64,000 nucleotides of DNA. Source: Flavobacteriales bacterium. GTDB lineage: Bacteria > Bacteroidota > Bacteroidia > Flavobacteriales_F > PHOS-HE28. Position numbers and translations under genes: made by a program. Where the stretch lies: NCBI GenBank assembly GCA_019638115.1, contig JAHBUK010000001.1, positions 512,238-576,237 on the forward strand, written 5' to 3'. The notes below the pieces were generated by a model. The model was not told the DNA's origin and searched no databases. It saw only the letters and a list, made by a program, of their open reading frames with translations. Of this stretch, positions 27,295 to 35,036 are shown in pieces; positions within the stretch are counted from its first letter, which is position 1; each line of letters begins with the position of its first letter.

Positions 27295-28751
27295 GGTTCT
27301 CGCAGGTCGGGAGTTATGGTGATCCCGAAGAACAGGTTGGTGAACCGTTCCCGCACCAATCCATTGGAGGTGGTTCCCCGTTCGCCGAACTCGGCGCCCA
27401 GATTGAAGCGGCTGCGTGTTGTGCTGTTCCATAACGGCAGCGACATGCCAAACGACATGCCGATCTCTTGCAGCTGCGATCCGGAGACCACCAGGTAATC
27501 TTGGGAAACACGCACCCCACTTCGGTAAACGATGTTCTCATGGAATTTGCCTTGCAGCTGACCGGCGGGCCTGAAACTGGCCCCCACCACCCAGTTGCTG
27601 GCCAACGCCACCTGGTCTTGGAACTTCACGTTCTCCAGGTTCACACGCAAATTGGTCCAGTCCCTGCGGCGATGCTCCATGGTCACTTGCCATCGCGAAT
27701 TGTAGAACGTAAGGCCGAGCGCCAGTTGCACGGGCAGATCCAACGTACCGCGATCGCCTTCCAGGAACCGCGCTGTATCCTGGTTGATCTCCACCCCACT
27801 TCCACCTACTATGTAGCTGTTCACCAATTCATTGCGGCGCACTCCTATCGCCGACGGGCTCTCCAAGGCAGCACCAAGGCGGAAGCGCAATGGATCCACT
27901 TCGCGTCGGTCCCACTTCAAGGCAACGCGTTCCGCGGGGTCGTTACCCGCAGCGGTCCAAGCAGCAGCAGCCAGTGAATCGCGGCGTGCAAGGTCCTCCT
28001 TCAACCGCGCGTGGCGCTTCTTCAAGCGCTCCTCTCCGAACACGGTCCCGTTCACATGCAGGCCCAGATCGAACACGCTACCACCAACATAGAAGGTGGT
28101 CCGCGCCAAGCTGTTGTAGTAGCCTTGGTTGGCCGGGTACAAAGCCCTGCGCGTGGCATCCAACGAACCGAAGAGGTATCCGTAATTGAGACCCACCGCA
28201 ACACTTGCAGGAGCTTTCAGGGTATCCTTCTGCACCCAGATCCGACGACCCACCCCGGCAAACACCCGGTTAAGACCGCCATCCCCACTGTACTTGTAGG
28301 TTACCGCACCACTGCCGTCCGGCAGCGCTTGTGGGTCACTGATGGAATAACCCACTTCGGACTCCGGGTTGAGGCCCAAGGCAAGCCCCCAACGATTGCC
28401 GCCAAAGGGGATCCCCATATTGAAGCCCAGCAGGTCGGTGCGTTGCCCATTGGCCGATCGGTTGTCCGAATCGAACCGCAAGAAGCGCATGGCCAGACCG
28501 GTCTCGAAGGTGGTACGGCCCAGCGACACGTAGGACGCCGGGTTCATGCGGACCACGCTGAAGGGATCGTGGATGGCTACGCTGGCGCCCCCCATAAGTG
28601 CTTGGGACACCTGTACGTTGCCGGTAAGGTCCCCGAGGCCGTATGCGGAGTAGGGTGTACCGCTACCCTGTTGCTCCTGGGCCCTGGCCAGGTGAGGCAA
28701 CACCATCAGCAGTATCGCGAGGCAGCGCACGGTGATGGGCAAGTATTGCAT
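27267..28751 (-). CDS. Putative outer-membrane beta-barrel protein, family unassigned
   Basis: Signal peptide MQYLPITVRCLAILLMVLPHLARAQ. The body is Gly/aromatic-rich with alternating strand patterning and a C-terminal aromatic residue. It overlaps neighbours at both ends, so the start is uncertain. Confidence 0.55.
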   Translation of the reverse strand: MQYLPITVRCLAILLMVLPHLARAQEQQGSGTPYSAYGLGDLTGNVQVSQALMGGASVAIHDPFSVVRMNPASYVSLGRTTFETGLAMRFLRFDSDNRSANGQRTDLLGFNMGIPFGGNRWGLALGLNPESEVGYSISDPQALPDGSGAVTYKYSGDGGLNRVFAGVGRRIWVQKDTLKAPASVAVGLNYGYLFGSLDATRRALYPANQGYYNSLARTTFYVGGSVFDLGLHVNGTVFGEERLKKRHARLKEDLARRDSLAAAAWTAAGNDPAERVALKWDRREVDPLRFRLGAALESPSAIGVRRNELVNSYIVGGSGVEINQDTARFLEGDRGTLDLPVQLALGLTFYNSRWQVTMEHRRRDWTNLRVNLENVKFQDQVALASNWVVGASFRPAGQLQGKFHENIVYRSGVRVSQDYLVVSGSQLQEIGMSFGMSLPLWNSTTRSRFNLGAEFGERGTTSNGLVRERFTNLFFGITITPDLREPWMQKRRIE

Positions 28752-29463
28752 GCAGTCCTTGGAGGGTCAGAAAAGGGTGGGCAAAGATGCCATTTTTCAA
28801 GGTGCCCATGAACCTTGGGGCATCTCCTCCCGTGAGCACAACGACCATAGCTGGATTTTGGTACCCATGTGCCGCCACAGCACCGGCCAGTTCATCGGCT
28901 ATGCCGTGGAAAAGACCCGACCAGATGGAGTCCTGCGTGCTGGTGCCTGTTCGTGCAGGCATGGCACCGGGGTCTTCCACCAAGGGCAGCCTTGCGCTGA
29001 AGGCATGCAAGGCCTTGGCGCGCATGGCCAAACCAGGGCTGATCGAACCGCCCAGGTATTTCCCCCGGTCCGAAAGGAGATCATACGTGATGCAGGTCCC
29101 CAGGTCGATGACCAAGGCGGCACGGCCTGGAAACAAACAGGCAGCACCAACCACATTGGCCAGCCTGTCCGCTCCCAGGGTCAGTGGCGTGCTGTAGGCG
29201 CTTTCAATGGGCGCAGGCGTGTTGCCGGATACCACCAGAAGGGGTGCTAACGTCTCCAATGCCGCCAGGTACACCGGGTCGTTGGCGGCCACCGAACCCA
29301 CCACCACCCCACGCAGCGCCTGTGTGCCCACGAATTCCTTTACGGCGGTGATGTCGTTATTGGCCACGGCAGACCAACGCACCGGTCCTTGCCGATCGAA
29401 AAGCGCCACTTTGGTGCGGGAATTCCCCACATCCAGAACGAGATCCACAACATCCTGCTCCAT
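28663..29463 (-). CDS. coaX: Type III pantothenate kinase
   Basis: N-terminal LVLDVGNSRTK (actin-fold ATPase) and C-terminal GGDA. Confidence 0.8.
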   Translation of the reverse strand: MEQDVVDLVLDVGNSRTKVALFDRQGPVRWSAVANNDITAVKEFVGTQALRGVVVGSVAANDPVYLAALETLAPLLVVSGNTPAPIESAYSTPLTLGADRLANVVGAACLFPGRAALVIDLGTCITYDLLSDRGKYLGGSISPGLAMRAKALHAFSARLPLVEDPGAMPARTGTSTQDSIWSGLFHGIADELAGAVAAHGYQNPAMVVVLTGGDAPRFMGTLKNGIFAHPFLTLQGLHAILAHHRALPRDTADGVASPGQGPGATG

Positions 29464-29479
29464 CGTATTGCTACTTCAT

Positions 29480-29487
29480 TATATTTG
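29480..29487 (+). promoter_or_regulatory. Putative -7 promoter element (TATATTTG) about 47 nt upstream of tRNA-Phe
   Basis: Matches the Bacteroidota TAnnTTTG consensus. Confidence 0.3.
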
Positions 29488-29534
29488 CCGCCCCGTTAAC
29501 CGGCAACGGGCACCGCAACCGCGGTCAATGAACT

Positions 29535-29607
29535 TGGTGCCTTAGCTCAGCTGGTAGAGCAATGGATTGAAAATCCATGTGTCCCCAGTTCGATTCTGGG
29601 AGGCACC
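29535..29607 (+). tRNA. tRNA-Phe (anticodon GAA)
   Basis: 73-nt cloverleaf: acceptor GGTGCCT/AGGCACC, anticodon stem ATGGA/TCCAT, loop TTGAAAA (GAA), T-arm GTTCGATTC. Confidence 0.9.
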
Positions 29608-29613
29608 ACCGAG

Positions 29614-29641
29614 AGAACCCCGCCCCAAGGCGGGGTTTTTT
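29614..29641 (+). terminator. Rho-independent terminator after tRNA-Phe
   Basis: AACCCCGCCCC-aag-GCGGGGTT followed by TTTTTT. Confidence 0.75.
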
Positions 29642-29658
29642 CATGCACCCCACCCGGC

Positions 29659-30243
29659 TCAATGGGATGCGAGCCACGCCCGGATATCGTTCAAGTGTTG
29701 CTGTTTCACCGGCTCACGCAGGGCTTTATTGGTGTCCGTGAAGTAGGTGTGCCTTTCGAGGAACTGCACCTGTAGTTCGTTCCACTCCCGTTCCGTGCGC
29801 AACACGCCATAGGCCAGGAACTCGGCGAACAAGGTGTCTCCGATGCGGCGGAAATCGCCCCTGCCCAGATAGTCGAGGTCCGCGTCGCACAGGATGCGGC
29901 CTAAATGATCTTCGGGCGACTGCGGTATACGCGTCCCCATGATCATGCGGCAGATCTTCTCCACCTGCTCTTCCGTGAAACCAAAGCCGGGCAAATGCTC
30001 GCGAACGATCCCACAGCCCACCACCTCATGATCCTGGCCCTGAATGATGAAACCCGAATCGTGGTAAAGCGCGGCGATCTTGAGCAAGGCCAGGTCTTCA
30101 CCCACCACGCCCTCCTTCTCCGCTATCTCAATGGTGCTGGCGTACACATCCAAGGTATGCGCCAGCGAATGATAGGTGCGGTCAAGCGGCAACTCGGCCT
30201 TCAACTTGGCTAAAATGTATGACCGGGCCGCTTGGGTATCCAT
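29659..30243 (-). CDS. HD-domain metal-dependent phosphohydrolase
   Basis: H…HD motif (SLAHTLDV…ALYHDSG) and a downstream conserved Asp. The start is at MDTQAARS. Confidence 0.75.
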   Translation of the reverse strand: MDTQAARSYILAKLKAELPLDRTYHSLAHTLDVYASTIEIAEKEGVVGEDLALLKIAALYHDSGFIIQGQDHEVVGCGIVREHLPGFGFTEEQVEKICRMIMGTRIPQSPEDHLGRILCDADLDYLGRGDFRRIGDTLFAEFLAYGVLRTEREWNELQVQFLERHTYFTDTNKALREPVKQQHLNDIRAWLASH

Positions 30244-30300
30244 TGCGTGCGGCCAATATAAGCACGTGCCTGAATGCACCCCTCCATACCTTTGCCCATC

Positions 30301-31254
30301 ATGACGGACCGCGGCTCACGACGAACCATGCTACTGTTCGCGGGGCTTTCCGTTTACATCGTTCTCCAATTCATCTGGTGGGGGGTGCTGCTTTTGCGGA
30401 AAGACCGCGAAGTGACCGCTCTGGCCATTGAGGTGACCGCTTTGGGTGGTAACACCACCGCCGACCTGGAGGGGCTGCGTGGCTGGAGAATGGTGATGGG
30501 CGAAGGCACGGTGCTGCTGATCCTGCTGCTGACGGGCCTGCTGCTGACCTACCGCGCCATACGCAGAGACCTGGCCATGGCACGCGCGCAGCGCAATTTC
30601 CTGCTTGCGGTAACCCACGAACTGAGGACACCTATCGCCGCGATCAAACTGCAGTTGCAGACCCTCAGTAGGGAGGCACTAGCCCCCGAGCAACAGCAGC
30701 AACTGCGGCTGGGGGCCATAGACGAGGCCGATCGCCTGGCCAGCCTAACGGACAAGGTGCTGCTCGCCACCCAGGCGGATGAAGGACTACTGCGGCTGGA
30801 GAGCGTGCAAGTTGATGTGGCCGCCACGTTGGCGAGTTTGTTGGAACAGGTTCGCACACGCTGTGCGGGATCGCACATGTTGCACTACACCGGGCCGGCC
30901 TCGCACTTTGCCAACACCGACCCGGAAGCTCTCCGGAGCATTGCCAGCAATCTGCTGGAGAACGCCATCAAGTATGCGCCTGCAGGAAGCACGGTGCAGT
31001 TGCAACTGATGGCGGGCAAGGACGGTTGGCGCATAAGCATCTCCGACCAAGGCCCCGGCATTCCGGAGAACGAGCGGGAACGCATCTTCGAGCGCTTCTT
31101 CAGAGGCGGGCATGAAGAGACCCGCCAGACCAAAGGCACGGGCCTTGGCTTGTACATCGTAAAACGCTTGGTGGAAGCCTTGGGCGGCAACATCCTTGTC
31201 CTACAACAAAAACCAACGGGGACTATTTTCACGCTCTCCTTCCCACAACATTGA
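30301..31254 (+). CDS. Sensor histidine kinase with two N-terminal TM helices; no response regulator nearby
   Basis: H-box HELRTPIAAIKLQLQTL, N-box LLENAIKYAP, G-boxes DQGPGIP and GTGLGL. Confidence 0.85.
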   Translation: MTDRGSRRTMLLFAGLSVYIVLQFIWWGVLLLRKDREVTALAIEVTALGGNTTADLEGLRGWRMVMGEGTVLLILLLTGLLLTYRAIRRDLAMARAQRNFLLAVTHELRTPIAAIKLQLQTLSREALAPEQQQQLRLGAIDEADRLASLTDKVLLATQADEGLLRLESVQVDVAATLASLLEQVRTRCAGSHMLHYTGPASHFANTDPEALRSIASNLLENAIKYAPAGSTVQLQLMAGKDGWRISISDQGPGIPENERERIFERFFRGGHEETRQTKGTGLGLYIVKRLVEALGGNILVLQQKPTGTIFTLSFPQH

Positions 31255-31258
31255 ATCC

Positions 31259-32779
31259 ATGAAAAAGGCGGTATTGATGGTGCTCGACGGTTGGGGTATT
31301 GGTGCAGGCGACCGCACTGATGCCGTTGCCATGGCCAACACCCCTTTTGTGGACGGCCTGTATGCCCATGCACCGCACGCCACCCTGCTTACCCATGGCG
31401 AGCATGTGGGGCTGCCGTTCGGGCAAATGGGCAACAGTGAGGTGGGGCACCTGAACATCGGTGCGGGCCGCGTGGTCCACCAGGACCTTGTTCGCATTGA
31501 CAATGCCATTGCAGACGGCAGCCTTGCACAACTACCCGAATTGCGTGAAGCGCTCCGCAAAGCCGCCGCACCGGGTATCAAGTTGCACTTGATCGGTCTG
31601 CTTTCCGATGGAGGTGTGCACAGCATGCGCACCCATGCTGAAGCGCTGGCCGAACTGGCGCAAGACGCCGGACTGCAAGATGTGTTCCTGCATGCTTTCA
31701 CGGACGGCCGTGATGCCGATCCGCGCAGCGGCAAAGGCTACCTGGAAACGTTCCTGAACAATGTGCAGGGCACCTCCCTGCGCGTTGCCACTGTGGTGGG
31801 CCGCTATTTCGCCATGGACCGGGATAAGCGATGGGACCGGGTGGCTCGGGCCTATGCGCTACTCGTGAACGGCCAGGGCATCGCCATCAAGGACCCGATC
31901 GAAGCGTTCGATAGTAGTTATGCCGCAGGCAAGACCGATGAGTTCATCGACCCACATGTGGTGGTGGATGACCAAGGGCGACCACTGGCCACCATACGGC
32001 CCGGCGATGTGGTGATCTGTTTCAACTTTCGCACGGACCGTTGCCGAGAGATCACCCAAGCGCTTACCCAGCAGGCATTCCCCGAGCAGGGTATGGAGCC
32101 CTTGCCACTGCACTATGTGACCATGACGGAGTATGACTCCACGTACAATGGCGTGCATGTGCTTTTCCGCAAGGACGACCTTTCCATGACCTTGGGCGAA
32201 GTGGTATCGCGTGCCGGCGGCAGGCAGATCCGCATAGCTGAAACCGAGAAATATCCCCACGTCACCTTCTTCTTCAGTGGTGGAATGGAGGCCCCTTTCC
32301 CCGGAGAGGAGCGTGCCATGCTGCCTTCGCCCAAAGTGGCCACCTATGACCTGCAGCCCGAAATGAGCGCCCAAGGCGTTGCCGACGCTGCCGTAACGGC
32401 CATACGCGAAAACGCGGTGGACTTGGTGGTGATGAATTTTGCCAATCCCGACATGGTGGGACATACCGGTGTTTTCGATGCCGTTGTAAAAGCCGTGGAA
32501 ACCACCGACCGCTGCGCAGCACAGGTGGTGGAAGCGGCCCGCCAAGGAGGATATGCTTGTGTGATCATTGCCGACCACGGCAATGCCGATAAGGCGTTGA
32601 ACCCGGATGGCTCGCCGAATACAGCGCACAGTACCAATCCGGTACCGGTGTTCGTACTGAGCGACGCTCCCATGCACTTGCGCAGCGGCATCCTCGCCGA
32701 TGTGGCACCTACCGTTCTGGCGCTTATGGACATGGAAAAGCCCGCCGAAATGACGGGCTCTTCCCTGATCTTGGGGTAG
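31259..32779 (+). CDS. gpmI: 2,3-bisphosphoglycerate-independent phosphoglycerate mutase
   Basis: MKKAVLMVLDGWGIG, the catalytic Ser region and ADHGNAD. The start is chosen after the upstream in-frame Met. Confidence 0.9.
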   Translation: MKKAVLMVLDGWGIGAGDRTDAVAMANTPFVDGLYAHAPHATLLTHGEHVGLPFGQMGNSEVGHLNIGAGRVVHQDLVRIDNAIADGSLAQLPELREALRKAAAPGIKLHLIGLLSDGGVHSMRTHAEALAELAQDAGLQDVFLHAFTDGRDADPRSGKGYLETFLNNVQGTSLRVATVVGRYFAMDRDKRWDRVARAYALLVNGQGIAIKDPIEAFDSSYAAGKTDEFIDPHVVVDDQGRPLATIRPGDVVICFNFRTDRCREITQALTQQAFPEQGMEPLPLHYVTMTEYDSTYNGVHVLFRKDDLSMTLGEVVSRAGGRQIRIAETEKYPHVTFFFSGGMEAPFPGEERAMLPSPKVATYDLQPEMSAQGVADAAVTAIRENAVDLVVMNFANPDMVGHTGVFDAVVKAVETTDRCAAQVVEAARQGGYACVIIADHGNADKALNPDGSPNTAHSTNPVPVFVLSDAPMHLRSGILADVAPTVLALMDMEKPAEMTGSSLILG

Positions 32780-32788
32780 TTACCGGAC

Positions 32789-35023
32789 CTACCAGCGGTT
32801 ACGCAGTATCGTCAAGTGCCCGGTCATGGGCTTCAGTCCGTCCTTGGAAACGATGACTTCGTAGTAGTACGTACCGTCGGGCACATCCAAGGCGCTCCAC
32901 GTGTTGCGGTAGTTGTTCACGTCAAGTACGATTTGACCCCACCGGTTGAATACACGTACCGTGTTCGGGCGATTCGCGAGACCATCGATCACCCAGAAAT
33001 CGTTCAGGCCATCGCCGTTCGGGGTGAACACGTTCGGGATGATGATGTCGCAGTCCACATCCACCTGAACACTCGCATAAGCAACACGGCCGCAGGCATC
33101 CGTGGCGGTCACGTAGTAGATGCCTTCCGTCTGCATGGTAACATAGGTACTGCTGCCGGTGTAACCCGTGGACCACTCATAGCTGAGCTGACCACCATAT
33201 CCACCGGAACCAGCAACCGAAATGAGCATGCTATCAGGAGCACATTCGATCTGGATGTTCTCGGTGAACAACACGATCTCCGGTGCATCCACTATGGTGA
33301 AGGTGACGGAAGCATCCACCGAGCGCCCACAATCATCCGTGAAGGTGGCCGTGATGATGGCGGTCTCGTCGCCTTCAGCCTCCTCATCGCCCAACGGCTG
33401 GAAGGGAAACAGAATGTTGAGAGTCCCATCCGGGATCACCGTGGAAGCAGGCAGTTGGTAGTCGCTGCCATTCTGGGCTGTACCTGCGGTGGAGAAATTG
33501 ATGGTCAGGTCACCCGGCACACCTTGCGGACGGATGATGTTGATCTGTGCACTTTCACAGCCCTCCACCAGTGTGTTGGAACCGATGATGGACATGTTCA
33601 ACGGAGGTAGTTCGATAAGCCCGACGATGAAATCCGCGGACGCGGTCTGCAAGCAGTCGTCGGTAACCGTTGCCGTATAGACGGTCAGAGCGGTTGGGCT
33701 TACCGTTAACGAGGGACCCGCGGCTCCGGTACTCCAAGTAATGGACAAGGGCTCATAGCCACCGCCGTATTGGGGTACCAGCTCGGTTGAGGCTCCGCAC
33801 TGGATGTTCACATTGTTGCCGGAAATGACCACTGGAGGCGCCTGTTCTATGAAGAAGATGAACTCATTGGTGATATCGACACCCGAGCATGGCGACTCGG
33901 AGACCAGTGTTAGGATCACCGTTTCCGTTCCATCCGGATCGATGGGCACGTTGAAGATGAACGGGATGGTCTCCTCGCCAGGACCGAAAACCAAGGAATC
34001 CGGGAACGGGGGGAAATAATCCACACCCGGCGTAGCGGTCCCGCTGGCCGATATCAGCACCACCGACCCGACCGTTGTATCACCCGTGCGGGTAAAGTCG
34101 ATCTGCACGGGATAGCAGCTTTCCAAGATCGTGTTCAAGCCTACGATGCCCGGGCCAGGAGTAAGACTGGGAATGAAAGGCGTGCTGGAGAAACTGCTGG
34201 ACTCCAGGAACACAGCGGAATCAAATGCCGTGTCGCCACCATCCGCAATGGCCAGCTTGATGTGGTAGGTCTGATTGCACTGAACGGCAGCGCGGGCGGT
34301 GAGCACCACGGTCTGACCATCGAACTGGATGGTGGTGCTACCGGCATTGCTAACGTAATAGATGTTGTTCGCCTGCCAGTTGGGGTCCAGGCTGGAGCAG
34401 TTGGAGGCAATGCCATTAGTGCCAACAACGCCAGGATTGACGGTATTGATGGAGACGGGCACATTGGTGCCGGGCACCACGGCCAGGTTTACGGCATTGT
34501 TCTGAAAGGGGCCAACAATGCCCGGCCCGCTCAGGAAAAACCCGAACGCATCGTTCACGGAACCACAGACGTATTCGGGGTATTCTTCCGAAGCAAACAC
34601 GAACCGGAAGGAAATGGAGTCACCTGAAGGAACGAAGTCGAACTCAAGCACTGCGCGATCGTTGGTGGCAACGCCTGCCAACATGGTCAGGTCCGGGTCG
34701 CCGGCACCAAAGTTTCCACCTCCGAGTGTGGCGCTCGGTGAATTGTTCGGACCAAGAGCAACGTTCACGGAACCAGTAGCAAGGATCACCCCGTTCGGGA
34801 TACCGATGTCGGTATTCGTACCATCAAAAGTCCCGGCCTGTTCATTCACGGAAGTACCCGGACCACCGTTGAAGGTGATGTTACTGACGGTAACGCCGGA
34901 ACCCAACAACACGTCCTGCACCAGCTGTTGCGGGGTTAGCGTATTGCCCACTACCAATTGGCCATGGGCGGCACCCAGACAGGCGGCAACACCCACTGTA
35001 CTAAGAAGGATCCTGATGTTCAT
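32789..35023 (-). CDS. T9SS C-terminal-sorting-domain protein with an N-terminal choice-of-anchor-L domain (secreted adhesin/surface protein)
   Basis: Signal peptide, then choice-of-anchor-L motifs (FVFASEEYPEYV, FGFFLSGPG). The C-terminal CHU_C/T9SS type-B domain reads NVFTPNGDGLNDFW…RWGQ…YYY. Confidence 0.85.
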   Translation of the reverse strand: MNIRILLSTVGVAACLGAAHGQLVVGNTLTPQQLVQDVLLGSGVTVSNITFNGGPGTSVNEQAGTFDGTNTDIGIPNGVILATGSVNVALGPNNSPSATLGGGNFGAGDPDLTMLAGVATNDRAVLEFDFVPSGDSISFRFVFASEEYPEYVCGSVNDAFGFFLSGPGIVGPFQNNAVNLAVVPGTNVPVSINTVNPGVVGTNGIASNCSSLDPNWQANNIYYVSNAGSTTIQFDGQTVVLTARAAVQCNQTYHIKLAIADGGDTAFDSAVFLESSSFSSTPFIPSLTPGPGIVGLNTILESCYPVQIDFTRTGDTTVGSVVLISASGTATPGVDYFPPFPDSLVFGPGEETIPFIFNVPIDPDGTETVILTLVSESPCSGVDITNEFIFFIEQAPPVVISGNNVNIQCGASTELVPQYGGGYEPLSITWSTGAAGPSLTVSPTALTVYTATVTDDCLQTASADFIVGLIELPPLNMSIIGSNTLVEGCESAQINIIRPQGVPGDLTINFSTAGTAQNGSDYQLPASTVIPDGTLNILFPFQPLGDEEAEGDETAIITATFTDDCGRSVDASVTFTIVDAPEIVLFTENIQIECAPDSMLISVAGSGGYGGQLSYEWSTGYTGSSTYVTMQTEGIYYVTATDACGRVAYASVQVDVDCDIIIPNVFTPNGDGLNDFWVIDGLANRPNTVRVFNRWGQIVLDVNNYRNTWSALDVPDGTYYYEVIVSKDGLKPMTGHLTILRNRW

Positions 35024-35036
35024 TTCATCAATGCGT

